From an uncultured delta proteobacterium (GTDB taxonomy: Bacteria > Myxococcota_A > Polyangia > Fen-1088): DNA of 64,000 bases. Positions 13,630 to 23,456 of this stretch are shown piece by piece. Made by a program: the position numbers and the translations under genes. The stretch lies in contig CAVTRY010000012.1 of assembly GCA_963737265.1 (NCBI GenBank), forward strand, positions 128,001 to 192,000. Direction: 5' to 3'. The notes below the pieces were generated by a model. It searched no databases. It saw only the letters and a list, made by a program, of their open reading frames with translations, and was not told where the DNA came from. Each line of letters begins with the position of its first letter. Positions within the stretch are counted from its first letter, which is position 1.

Positions 13630-14763
13630 CTACAGCATTCCGGAAAGCAGCACGGCTCCGAGCGTGACCACGCGCTCTCCGGCGGCGATGCCACGAATCA
13701 CGGGTAAGTAGTCGCCGCCCAGCTCTTCATTGACCGAGACCGGCCGACGTTCCAGGCGCAACCTGCCGTCGGACGACTTGCCCAAATCGACAAACACCAT
13801 GGTCTGGTCCCCGAGGTGCAAAATGGCACTGCGGGGAAGGGCGAGCGCCCGCTGCTGCTCAACCGACAGGGCGACGGTGGCGTACATCTCGGGCTTGAGA
13901 TCGCGGTCGTCGTTGGGCAACTTACAGCGAACCTTCGCCGTTCTCGTCGTCGGATCGAGCGTGTCGGAAACCCAATCCGCGCTGCCCTTGAATACGCGAT
14001 TGGGATAGGCCACGACCTTGACCAGGCACTCGGTGCCTTGCTTGACTCGGCCGAGATCCATTTCGAACACGTCCGCCATCACCCACACCGTGTCGAGCTC
14101 GCCCACGGTGAACAGCTCCACCACGCTGCCTCCCGAGTATTGCCCCTGGACTTCGGTGCCGGGATTCACGTTGCGCGCGACCACTTCGCCGGCGATGGGC
14201 GCGCGCAAGGTGTAGCTCTGGCCGCCCAAGCCCGCCTTTCCGTTGCCCAGCAATTGCGCCTTCTTCGTCGCGCGCTCGAGCTCGGCTTTGCTCTTGGAAT
14301 AGTTGCCCTGGGCCGCCTCCAAGTCGCGTTGCGATCCCGCGTGAATATCGAACAGTTCCCTTTGGCGCTTGAAGTCCTTCTCGGCCGCCAGGCGATCGGC
14401 GCTGGCCTTTTGCAGGTCCGAAAACGCGCTGCCCATGTCCGGCGATTCGATCACCGCCAAGCCATCGCCCTTTTCCAGGCGCTGACCGAGCTCGGCCGCG
14501 ATGCGAACGACACGGCCAGTAACGGGAGAAATCACATGCGCCACCTTCAGGTCGTCGAACGTCACCCGCCCGGTCGCCACCACCAAGCCGCCCACCGGCT
14601 GTGGCGCCAGGGGTTCGATGACGAGCTTCGCAGCCGAGACCTGATCCTGCCACAGCCAGATTTCGGACAAGGGCGGCTCAACCGCGCGGCGACCGCTCCG
14701 CGGTTCGCCACGACATGCGCCGAGCAGTACGAGAAAGGCCCCAAGAGTCTTCAACCGACTCAT
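13630..14763 (-). CDS. RND efflux periplasmic adaptor (CzcB/CusB-like), paralog 2
   Basis: Real start MSRLKTLG at 14763 overlaps the RND stop (ATGA). Lipobox LGAC, LRAPIAG and LKPEMYA. Confidence 0.9.
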   Translation of the reverse strand: MSRLKTLGAFLVLLGACRGEPRSGRRAVEPPLSEIWLWQDQVSAAKLVIEPLAPQPVGGLVVATGRVTFDDLKVAHVISPVTGRVVRIAAELGQRLEKGDGLAVIESPDMGSAFSDLQKASADRLAAEKDFKRQRELFDIHAGSQRDLEAAQGNYSKSKAELERATKKAQLLGNGKAGLGGQSYTLRAPIAGEVVARNVNPGTEVQGQYSGGSVVELFTVGELDTVWVMADVFEMDLGRVKQGTECLVKVVAYPNRVFKGSADWVSDTLDPTTRTAKVRCKLPNDDRDLKPEMYATVALSVEQQRALALPRSAILHLGDQTMVFVDLGKSSDGRLRLERRPVSVNEELGGDYLPVIRGIAAGERVVTLGAVLLSGML

Positions 14764-17700
14764 GCAGGTGTCCCCTCGCTCTGGCGCTTTCGGTGCGCGA
14801 GCATGACCAGGGCAGGCTGAAGCAGGCGGGGCAGAATGACCAGGGCAAGCGCGCCGCCGATGACAACGATGGCGAGCGGCTTCTGAGTTTCCGAGCCGAT
14901 GCCACGCGAGATGGCGGCGGGAAATAGCCCCAGCATGGCGACAAAGGTCGACATCAGCACGGGGCGCAAGCGGCGTTCGGCGGCGAAACGCGCGCTCTCC
15001 TCCGCGGTGTGCCCGCTTTCGCGCAACTGGCGCGCGTAGGTGACGACCAGCAAGGCATCCTGCACCGCCACGCCTAGGATGGAGATGAAGCCCATGGCGG
15101 CCGAAATCGAGAAATCGGTCTTCGTCACATAGAGCGCCATCAACCCTCCGCTGCACGCCACCGGAACCCCGAGCAGCACGATGAGGGTATCGCGCCAATT
15201 CTTGGCCGAGGTGTAGGCGAGAAAGGCGATGATGAGCAGCGTGACGGGGACGACAATCAGGAGCCGCTCGGTCGTGTCGCGCAGCTGATTCATCTCGCCG
15301 TCCCATTCCAGATGCGTGTCGTAAGGCAAGTTGACCGCCTCCTTGATGCGGGCCTGTGCCTCCGAGATGGTCGAACCGAGATCGCGCCCGCGCACCGAGA
15401 ACTTCACCGGCACATAGCGCTTGAGATCCTCGCGAAAAACCACGATCGGGCCCTCCTCCTCGACCACCTCCGCCAGTTGGCCGAGCGGCACCTGCGAGCC
15501 ATCCGGGGTGGATACCAGAATGTTGCGAATCGAGCGCATGTCCCGTCGGTACTGCTCTGCCCAGCGCAGGATGAGATCGAAGCGCTTCTCGCCCTCGAAC
15601 ACCTGGGTTATGACCTGGCCGCCGATCGCCGCCTGTACGACCCCCGCGACATCGCCGGTGTTGAGGCCGTAGCGTCCGATCTGCGTGCGGTAGGGCGTGA
15701 TGCGAATCGCAGGCTGGCCGAGGGAGCGAAAGATGCCAAGATCCTCGACGCCGCGAACCTTCTTGAGCACATCCTTGATCTCCTCCGCCTTGGCTTCGTT
15801 GACGTGCAGGTCGGGCCCCATCACCTTCACCGTGTTCTCGCCTTTGACGCCCGACATGGCCTCTTCCACGTTGTCGGAAATAACCTGCGAGAAGTTGAAC
15901 ACCACGCCGGGAAAAGCATTCGCGAGATCGTTCTGAATCTCTTGTGTCATCAAGTCTTTGGTCAAGCCCTTGCGCCATTCTTTGGTCGGGCGAAGCGGGG
16001 CGAGCAGCTCGATGTTGTAGAAACCAGCCGTGTCGGTGCCGTCGTCGGGCCGGCCGAGCTGGGAGATAACGGTCTGGACTTCGGGCCGGGTCTGCTGTTC
16101 CTTCGTACAAATGGCGCCTTCGTCGGTCGGACAGCCGCGCACGATGGCGCGCATGCGCCCGACGTAGCGAGCCGACTGTTTCAGTGAGATCGAAATGGGC
16201 AGGGTCGCGCGGATCCAGAAGTTGCCCTCTTCCAGCTTGGGCATGAATTCCCGGCCGAGAAAAACCGAGGCCGACAGGGCAATGACCACGGGAACGACCC
16301 CGACGAAGATCGCCAACGCCGGGCGGCGCAGCGAGAATGAAAACACCGGACGGTAGAGCCGGTAGAGAAAGCGCATGACGAGGCTTTCCTTTTCCGCGAT
16401 CTCCTCGTTGCCCATGGTCAGCGCGCGCGAGGCAAGCATCGGCGTGAAGGTGAGCGCGAGCAGGATGGCGCCGCCAATGGCCAGAGCGTAGGTGTGCGCC
16501 ATCGGCGACATGATGACGCCCGCCACGCCGGTCAGGGTGAAAAGCGGAATGAAGGCCACCGCGATGATCAGGGTGGAAGCGAACATGGGCGGCCCGACCT
16601 CGCGCGCCGCAGCGACCACCCGATCAAAGGCGCTGCCACCCTTGCGGACAAAGTTGACGAAGATGCTTTCCATCACAATCACCGTCGAATCGACAACGAT
16701 GCCGAAGTCGACGGCGCCCAGCGAGATGAGGTTGGCGGCGGTCCCGCTAGCCACCATGCCCGAGAAAGCAAAAAGCAGCGCCAAGGGAATGTTGATCGCC
16801 GTGATGAGCGCGGCGCGGACGTTGCCGAGAAACAGAAAGAGCACGATGGAAACGAGAATCATCCCGACCAGGAGATTCTCCATCACGGTGTGCGTGGTCA
16901 GCTTGACGAGGTCGGCACGGTCGTAGACCGGCTCGATGTCGATACCCGGCGGCAATACGCGGTTCTCATGGATGTAGTCCACGCGATCGTGGATGCCCCG
17001 GATGGTTTTGAGCGAATCCCCGCCGTAGCGCATGAGCACGATGCCCTCGACCACGTCGGGCTCGTCATCCTGCCCCACAATGCCCAGGCGGGGCGCGGCG
17101 CCCGCGCTCACCATCGCCACGTCGCGAACCCGAACCGGGACGCCTTTGGTCGCGTTCACGGTGATGTCGCCAATGTCCTGTACGGAGCGGATGAGCCCGA
17201 CCCCGCGCACGTCGAAGGACTGCTCGCCGAGGGTGATACGCTGGCCACCCACATTTTGATTGGCGTTGGCGATCGCGGCCTGAACTTGCGATAGGGCCAC
17301 GCCGCGTCCACGGAGCCGGTAGGGATCGACCTCGACCTGGTACTGCTTGGTCTGGCCGCCGAAGCCGACCACATCGATGACCCCAGGCACCTGGCGAAAT
17401 TGCTTTTCCAGGATCCAGTCCTGGACGGTTTTCAAATCGGAAAGCGAGTAGCCCTTACCCACCACCTTGTAGCGGTAGAGCTCACCGATGGCGCTCCAGG
17501 GTGACAGCTCAGGCGATACGCCAGGCGGCAACGTGACGAAGTTGAGCTGGTTGAGCACCCGCTGCTGAGCCATGGCGTATGAGGTATCCCAGCCGAAGTA
17601 GCATTTCACATCGGCGAGGCCGAACAAGGACTGCGACCGGATGTGTTCGAGGCCCAGCATCCCCACCAATCCGGTTTCCAGGGGAACGGAGACGTAGCGC

Positions 17701-17885
17701 TCGACTTCCTCGGCACTCCAACCAGGTGGCTGGGCGATGATCTCGATCATGGGCGCCACCGGGTTGGGATAGGCCTCAATGGCCAGAACCTTGTATGAAT
17801 GGAGTCCGATCCCGATGAGGGCCAACACCAGTACCGCCACCAGCACAGGTGCGCGAACGGCCGCAGCAACCAGCTTGGCAATCAT
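14760..17885 (-). CDS. CusA/CzcA family heavy-metal RND permease
   Basis: 1041 aa. GAVDFGIVVD...VME heavy-metal TM4 motif, RLRPVLM and GIGSETQKPLA. Confidence 0.95.
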   Translation of the reverse strand: MIAKLVAAAVRAPVLVAVLVLALIGIGLHSYKVLAIEAYPNPVAPMIEIIAQPPGWSAEEVERYVSVPLETGLVGMLGLEHIRSQSLFGLADVKCYFGWDTSYAMAQQRVLNQLNFVTLPPGVSPELSPWSAIGELYRYKVVGKGYSLSDLKTVQDWILEKQFRQVPGVIDVVGFGGQTKQYQVEVDPYRLRGRGVALSQVQAAIANANQNVGGQRITLGEQSFDVRGVGLIRSVQDIGDITVNATKGVPVRVRDVAMVSAGAAPRLGIVGQDDEPDVVEGIVLMRYGGDSLKTIRGIHDRVDYIHENRVLPPGIDIEPVYDRADLVKLTTHTVMENLLVGMILVSIVLFLFLGNVRAALITAINIPLALLFAFSGMVASGTAANLISLGAVDFGIVVDSTVIVMESIFVNFVRKGGSAFDRVVAAAREVGPPMFASTLIIAVAFIPLFTLTGVAGVIMSPMAHTYALAIGGAILLALTFTPMLASRALTMGNEEIAEKESLVMRFLYRLYRPVFSFSLRRPALAIFVGVVPVVIALSASVFLGREFMPKLEEGNFWIRATLPISISLKQSARYVGRMRAIVRGCPTDEGAICTKEQQTRPEVQTVISQLGRPDDGTDTAGFYNIELLAPLRPTKEWRKGLTKDLMTQEIQNDLANAFPGVVFNFSQVISDNVEEAMSGVKGENTVKVMGPDLHVNEAKAEEIKDVLKKVRGVEDLGIFRSLGQPAIRITPYRTQIGRYGLNTGDVAGVVQAAIGGQVITQVFEGEKRFDLILRWAEQYRRDMRSIRNILVSTPDGSQVPLGQLAEVVEEEGPIVVFREDLKRYVPVKFSVRGRDLGSTISEAQARIKEAVNLPYDTHLEWDGEMNQLRDTTERLLIVVPVTLLIIAFLAYTSAKNWRDTLIVLLGVPVACSGGLMALYVTKTDFSISAAMGFISILGVAVQDALLVVTYARQLRESGHTAEESARFAAERRLRPVLMSTFVAMLGLFPAAISRGIGSETQKPLAIVVIGGALALVILPRLLQPALVMLAHRKRQSEGTPA

Positions 17886-17887
17886 GG

Positions 17888-19045
17888 CTAGAGCATCCCG
17901 GACAGCAAGATCGCCCCGGAGATTACCACGCGCTCACCGGCCGAAATGCCGCAAACCACTGGCAGATAGTCCCCGCCCAGTTCTTCGTTGACCGACACCG
18001 GCCGCCGCTCGAAGCGCAGGCGGCCGTCCGCCGCCTTGCCTAGATCGATGAAGGCAATGGTTTGATCGCCCAAGTGCAAGATCGCACTGCGCGGAAGCGC
18101 AAGAGCCCGCTGCTGATCCACCGCCAGCGCGGCAGTCGCATACATCTCGGGCTTTAGCGCGCGGTCGGCGTTGTCGAGCTTGCAGCGAACCTTGGCGGTG
18201 CGCGTGGCTGGATCGAGCGTGTCCGAAACCCAATCCGCCACGCCCTTGAACACGCGGCCCGGATAGGCGACGACCTTGACGAGGCACTCCGTCCCTTGCT
18301 TGACCCGGCCGAGATCCATCTCGAACAAATCGGCCATCACCCACACGGTGTCGAGCTCGCCGACGGTGAACAGCTCGACCACGGTGCCGCCGGTGTACTG
18401 CCCCTGAACCTCGGTGCCGGGATTCACGTTGCGCGCGATGACCTCGCCGCCGATGGCGGCACGCAAGGTGTAGCTCTGGCTCCCGTGATTGGCGCCGCCA
18501 GCGCGCAGCAGCGACGCTTTCTTCTTGGCCCGTTCGAGCTCAGCGCTTGCCTTCGAGTAGTTGCCCTGCGCGGCCTCCAGATCGCGCTGCGATCCCGCGT
18601 GGACGTCGTACAGCTCCTTCTGCCGCCTGAAGTCTTTCTCGGCCGAGGTGAAATCGGCTTGTGCCTTCTCGACGTCCGAAAATGCGCTGCCCATGTCTGG
18701 CGACTCGATGACGGCCAAGGTATCGCCCTTCTTCACCCGCTGTCCCGGCTGGGCCTCGATGCGCACCACGCGGCCGGTGACGGGGCTCATCAGGTGCGCC
18801 ACCTTCAAATCGTCGAAGGTCACCCGCCCGCTCGTAACCACCAGGCCGCCCACCGGCTGAGGAGCCAAGGGCTCCACGACCAACTTCGCAGCCGCAACCT
18901 GATCCTGCCACAACCAGATCTCATTGGCCGGCGGATCCGCAGCATGGCGACTCGGGTTGCTCTCGTCACTTTGGCCGTGACACCCGCATAGCATCGCCGA
19001 GCAAAACACAGGGAACAGCAGCGAAAGAAACATTCGCTGTTTCAT
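17888..19045 (-). CDS. RND efflux periplasmic adaptor (CzcB/CusB-like), paralog 1
   Basis: 385 aa, closely similar to 13630..14763 over most of its length. Confidence 0.9.
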   Translation of the reverse strand: MKQRMFLSLLFPVFCSAMLCGCHGQSDESNPSRHAADPPANEIWLWQDQVAAAKLVVEPLAPQPVGGLVVTSGRVTFDDLKVAHLMSPVTGRVVRIEAQPGQRVKKGDTLAVIESPDMGSAFSDVEKAQADFTSAEKDFRRQKELYDVHAGSQRDLEAAQGNYSKASAELERAKKKASLLRAGGANHGSQSYTLRAAIGGEVIARNVNPGTEVQGQYTGGTVVELFTVGELDTVWVMADLFEMDLGRVKQGTECLVKVVAYPGRVFKGVADWVSDTLDPATRTAKVRCKLDNADRALKPEMYATAALAVDQQRALALPRSAILHLGDQTIAFIDLGKAADGRLRFERRPVSVNEELGGDYLPVVCGISAGERVVISGAILLSGML

Positions 19046-20436
19046 GGGCTCATCTCCACGCCCACGGCTTGACCGATGAGCACCACGGCCTGCCAGTAGT
19101 CCGACAGGTCGCTTTCGTAGTCGAGCTTCGTCGAAATCAAAATGCGCTGGGCATCCAGGTATTCGAGCAACGAGGCCGCGCCCTTCTGGTATTGCAGTTG
19201 AACGAGATCGCGGGTTCGATTGGCGTGCTCGAGCAGCTCGCGTTCGGCGCGCTCGACGCGCCCGCGGGCGGACTTGAATTGCGTGAACGCGGTCTGAACG
19301 TCGTTCAGCACCTGCGCTTCGGTCTTGGCAAGCTGCGCCTTCTGCGTGACGAGATCCGCTTTGGCTTTAACGATCTCGCCTTCGAAGCGATTGAAGATGG
19401 GCGGGGTCAACGTCAGGCCGAAGCTGAAGGTCGGGGGATTGATGGCGTTCGCATAGGTGCCCTGCCCGCTGACCCCGGCGGACATCTCGATGTCGGGAAA
19501 ACGCAGACGCTGACTCGATCGAACCGATGCTTCCGCGCGCTCGCGGCCGAGGCGCGCGCCGGCCAGATCGGGCCGCTGCTTGCGTGCCAGATCCAGCAGC
19601 GAATCCACCGAAGCGCCTTGAAGCACGGACGGAACCAGGTACCCCGGAAGCTGCGCATCGACCTCGAAGACCGGCACGCGACCGCGCGCGCCGAGGAGAA
19701 AAGCAAGTTGCGCCTTGGCCGTGTAGAGATTTTGCTCGGCCCGCTCGACGTCTTGGTCGGCCGTCAGTTTCTCTGTCTCGACCTTGAGCACTTCCACCTC
19801 GGAAATCGAGCCGTGCTGGTAGCGCGCGCGGTTCAAATCAGCCACGCGCCCCAGGGTTTCCTGCGCCTCTTTCTGCGTCGCCAGCGCCTGGCGCGCGGCG
19901 ACCGAGCTCAAATACGCTTGGCGGAGCATGCTTTCCAACGTCCGGCGCGCGTCCGCTTCTCCCTTGCGCGCAACCTCGAGTGCGATATTCGCCACGTTCA
20001 TGCGCAGCCCGCGCTTGCCGGAAAGTGAATCGAAGATGGCGGATTGGTCGGAAATTCCCGCGCTCCAGGCCAAGTCCGAGCAGCCCGAGCCCCCCGCCTG
20101 CGAGCAGGCAAACGACCGGCCAACTCCGCCCGAAAAGGCAGGGTTGGGCGCCGCGCTGGCAAGCAAGGCGTCTCCGCGCGCGCCTTCGACCGCGGCCTCG
20201 GCCAGAATGAGATCGAGGCCGTGCTCGCGGAACAGGCGCAAGGCATCCTGCAGGTGCAGCTGCGCCGGGATCTCGAAATCACCGTCGGGCTCACGCGCCG
20301 AGGCCGAGGACAGCAAGCCGAGCCCGATCGCCATCCCGGTCCACCACGAGCAGACAAGGCGACGAAGCTTCACCGAAACCACGGGCGTTCTTCCTGTTGG
20401 CATGCGCTGGGGTTCTCCGTCGAGAACCCGCACCAT
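19042..20436 (-). CDS. TolC family outer-membrane efflux protein (CzcC-like)
   Basis: RPDL, YQKGAASLLEYLDAQR and helical repeats. Start uncertain (20436 or 20403). Confidence 0.88.
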   Translation of the reverse strand: MVRVLDGEPQRMPTGRTPVVSVKLRRLVCSWWTGMAIGLGLLSSASAREPDGDFEIPAQLHLQDALRLFREHGLDLILAEAAVEGARGDALLASAAPNPAFSGGVGRSFACSQAGGSGCSDLAWSAGISDQSAIFDSLSGKRGLRMNVANIALEVARKGEADARRTLESMLRQAYLSSVAARQALATQKEAQETLGRVADLNRARYQHGSISEVEVLKVETEKLTADQDVERAEQNLYTAKAQLAFLLGARGRVPVFEVDAQLPGYLVPSVLQGASVDSLLDLARKQRPDLAGARLGRERAEASVRSSQRLRFPDIEMSAGVSGQGTYANAINPPTFSFGLTLTPPIFNRFEGEIVKAKADLVTQKAQLAKTEAQVLNDVQTAFTQFKSARGRVERAERELLEHANRTRDLVQLQYQKGAASLLEYLDAQRILISTKLDYESDLSDYWQAVVLIGQAVGVEMSP

Positions 20437-20498
20437 AGCCCATTTATTCCCCTCATAGTGCCGCTCGATCTTCGAGGACGCGCGGCTCGGCTTCACCT

Positions 20499-21512
20499 CT
20501 ATCTGTGAACGAAGTGGCGCCACAGCAGACCGAACAGGGCGACCTGCGTGACGACCGGTAACACGGCGACGATGGCGATATAGCGGGCACGACGCAGACC
20601 ACGACGCCAGCGCGTGGCGGCGCGCAGGCGGTGGCAAAGACCGGTGATCACCACGCTTTCAGGACTATCGAGATCGGCTTTCATGACGGCCGCGCTCGAA
20701 TAGCGTTCGGCCGGATCGCGGCGTAGCGCGCGCAGCACGATCTCTTCCGCCTGGCGTGACAACTTAGGGTTCAAGCGGCGCGGAGCCTCGGGATCGCCCA
20801 CCATCCGAGAGCTCGCCACGCCCAAGGCATCATCGCCTGGATAGGGCTCTCGGCCGGTCAGCATTTCGTAAAGCACGGCGCCGATGCCGTAGATGTCGAC
20901 GCTCCTGCGCCCGCGCTTGCGTCGAATTTGCTCGGGGGCGACGTAGCCAGACGAGGCAATGGCGGGCGGGGCCGCGGAAAACGAAAAACGGGCCGTCAGG
21001 GCGACGTGGGCGAGACCGAAGTCGATAAGACGGATAGTGCCATCCGGGCACAGCATGATATTCGCTGGCTTCAAGTCGTAGTGCACGATTCCTTGGTTGT
21101 GGATGTACTCGAGTGCCTCGCAAACCCGGCTGGCGATGGACAGAGCTTCGTCCTCGGGTAACGGTCTGTGGTCCATGTGGTCCGCCAAGGTTAGGCCGGG
21201 TACATATTCGGTGACGATGTAGGCGCGCCGCTTGTCATCGGCCAGCCGCAAAAATCTCAGAACAAAGGGATGGTCGAGCCGGCTGCCGATCTGCTCCTCC
21301 TGTTGAAAGATCGACCAGCCGCCCACGCCGCTGGAGAACATGGGCAGCGGGACCTTGACCACCACGGCTTGATCGCCGTCGTGTAGGTCCCGCGCCTTGT
21401 AGAGGATCGACATTCCCCCGCGCCCCAGCTCGTCACCGATCAGAAAACGGCCATCGAGGACCTGCCCGGGTGCGACTTTCAAAGTACCCACTGCCCCCCG
21501 CAGTGCAACCAT
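20499..21512 (-). CDS. Hanks-type Ser/Thr protein kinase with C-terminal TM segment
   Basis: LGRGGMS, VVVK, HYDLKPANI, DFG and YVAPEQ. Start uncertain. Confidence 0.9.
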   Translation of the reverse strand: MVALRGAVGTLKVAPGQVLDGRFLIGDELGRGGMSILYKARDLHDGDQAVVVKVPLPMFSSGVGGWSIFQQEEQIGSRLDHPFVLRFLRLADDKRRAYIVTEYVPGLTLADHMDHRPLPEDEALSIASRVCEALEYIHNQGIVHYDLKPANIMLCPDGTIRLIDFGLAHVALTARFSFSAAPPAIASSGYVAPEQIRRKRGRRSVDIYGIGAVLYEMLTGREPYPGDDALGVASSRMVGDPEAPRRLNPKLSRQAEEIVLRALRRDPAERYSSAAVMKADLDSPESVVITGLCHRLRAATRWRRGLRRARYIAIVAVLPVVTQVALFGLLWRHFVHR

Positions 21513-21723
21513 GGGACCAAACGCGAAAACCACGCAAGACGCCACCTCAAAGCTGCCTCGTCTTGCATTTCGCAATGCCGAGCATTGCAAGCGAAGGTGC
21601 GAAGTCGCAAGCAAGGGCGCAAAGGGAGTTGTCCAGTGTCTGGGTGATTAGGGTCACCCGCGTCGACCGAAACGACGATTGAATCGTTTGCGCGCATGGT
21701 GCAATCTAACCATGAGCGAGTAA

Positions 21724-22758
21724 ATGCTCGCCGGGAGGGTTTGCATGTCCCCATGTAGGTGTTTTGCCCGGACGGCTGTCTCAATCGCATTGCTGGGAAT
21801 TGCGTCCGTGGAGTGCAATCCTGGCACGACCGGCCCCGCACTCGGAGGTGCAGGCATTAGCAATCCCGGTGGCGGAACGGCCGGCGGCATAACCATCCCG
21901 GTATCAAGCTCGGGCGGAGCCTCCGCCCAAGGTGGCTCAACCGGCGCAACGGCGCCGACGTGGCCCCCAGCAGGTTACGTCAACGTGACCAGCACCTCGT
22001 ATGGCGCGTATGCACTCGGACCTCTTATCTCCGGCGGCGGCAGCTCCGCACCGGATGCGGACGCCGGGACGTCCTCTGGCCAGTGCGGCGGCCTGTTCGG
22101 CGTGGTTAGGGATTTCAAGATGAGCACCACCCCAGGTGGACACCCTGATTTTCAACACGCCGTTCAAGGCGATGATCGCGGGATCGTCGATGCCACGCTT
22201 GGAAGCGACGGGAAACCCGTCTACGCGCATCCTGGAGGTTCGACGCCCACGACGACGGGGCAATCCTATTTCGACCAATGGTACCGAGACGTGCCTGACG
22301 TGAACATGACCTACGTGGTTGGGTTGCAGTTCGTCCAGAACGGAAACGTCGTTACCTTTGCCGCCTCGATTGACAATAGGGGCGTTCCCGATTCTTCCTA
22401 TTTTCCCCTCGATAACGAGGGATTCGGGAATCAGGGCTATAATCACAACTTCAGCTTCACCACCGAGATTCACACATCGTTCACCTACAACGGCGGCGAG
22501 ATATTTACGTTCCAGGGCGACGACGACGTATTCGTGTTCATCAACAACCAACTGGCCATCGACTTGGGCGGTATCCATGTGCAGGAGAGCCTGTCCGTAA
22601 ATCTCGACAACCAGGCGGCAACGCTCGGGCTGACCAAGGGCAGCGTCTACAACCTCGATGTATTCAATGCGGAGCGCCACACAGTTCAATCCAACTTCCG
22701 CATCGACACGACCCTGGCGTTCACGAACTGCGGTGTCGTGAACGGCACGATCTATTAG
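21724..22758 (+). CDS. Fibro-slime (PA14-related) domain secreted protein
   Basis: RDF...HPDF, FDQWY, HNFSFTTE, GDDDVFVFIN, DLGGIH and AERHT motifs after a Gly/Ser/Thr linker. Confidence 0.88.
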   Translation: MLAGRVCMSPCRCFARTAVSIALLGIASVECNPGTTGPALGGAGISNPGGGTAGGITIPVSSSGGASAQGGSTGATAPTWPPAGYVNVTSTSYGAYALGPLISGGGSSAPDADAGTSSGQCGGLFGVVRDFKMSTTPGGHPDFQHAVQGDDRGIVDATLGSDGKPVYAHPGGSTPTTTGQSYFDQWYRDVPDVNMTYVVGLQFVQNGNVVTFAASIDNRGVPDSSYFPLDNEGFGNQGYNHNFSFTTEIHTSFTYNGGEIFTFQGDDDVFVFINNQLAIDLGGIHVQESLSVNLDNQAATLGLTKGSVYNLDVFNAERHTVQSNFRIDTTLAFTNCGVVNGTIY

Positions 22759-22783
22759 CCAAGCGCGGCCACCCGATCGAACC

Positions 22784-23362
22784 GGGTGCCTCCCTGAAAC
22801 GGGGGCCCCAGCCGGGGGCTCGGTGAGGTAGCAACTTTCGGCGGAGTGCCGCCGAAAACGCAGATATGGAACAGGGAGGAACGGAGAAACAGAGACAGGA
22901 TGACTTTACTGGGCAAATTATCGCCGCCTGCATCGAAGTCCACCGTCACCTCGGTCCCGGGCTGCTTGAGTCGGCCTACGAGCACTGCCTGGCGCGCGAG
23001 CTAGGCCTGCGTGGATTTCGCACTCAACACCAGGTCGCGATTCCTCTGCAGTACAAAGGACTTGACCTCGACTGCGGCTATCGCCTCGACCTCATGGTGG
23101 AAGGCCGTTTGGTCGTCGAAGTCAAGGCGGTAGAGCAGTTGCTTCCTGTCCACTTGGCACAGGTCATTACCTATCTCAAGCTCCTACGACTGCCGGTGGG
23201 CCTGCTCGTCAATTTCCACGTCCCCGTACTTCGCGAGGGTCTCCGCCGCCTCGTCAACCCAACCCGTGATCCCTCTGGTCCTCCGTTCCTCCCTGTTTTT
23301 CCCTCCGATCCCACCTGCGCGGGGCGAGGTGAAGCCCCAGCCCCCGTTTCAGGGAAGCACCC
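22784..23362 (+). mobile_element. 579-bp TIR element carrying a GxxExxY gene, copy 1
   Basis: TIR GGGTGC(C/T)TCCCTGAAACGGGGGC. 9-bp direct repeat GATCGAACC at 22775-22783 and 23363-23371. Near-identical copy at 32720. Confidence 0.92.
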
Positions 23363-23456
23363 GATCGAACCTCTGGGCTTGCGATTTGGGTGCGGATTGT
23401 CCAAGACTGCGCCTGATGTCCCCGCCCAAAACAAGTCGGCTTATGAGTGGCGATGA
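22866..23456 (+). CDS. GxxExxY protein (PD-(D/E)XK nuclease-like)
   Basis: GPGLLESAY, YRLDLMVE..VVEVKA and QVITYL..GLLVNF. The ORF runs out of the element to a flanking stop. Confidence 0.9.
   Translation: MEQGGTEKQRQDDFTGQIIAACIEVHRHLGPGLLESAYEHCLARELGLRGFRTQHQVAIPLQYKGLDLDCGYRLDLMVEGRLVVEVKAVEQLLPVHLAQVITYLKLLRLPVGLLVNFHVPVLREGLRRLVNPTRDPSGPPFLPVFPSDPTCAGRGEAPAPVSGKHPIEPLGLRFGCGLSKTAPDVPAQNKSAYEWR

Noticed and set aside
13630-16110. 826-aa ORF as an extended adaptor protein
   Set aside because: The N-terminal part is an off-frame shadow of the RND gene. The true start is at 14763.
23266-23415. N-terminal extension of IorA
   Set aside because: Most of it derives from the right end of the inserted element; the same sequence heads ORF 33202.
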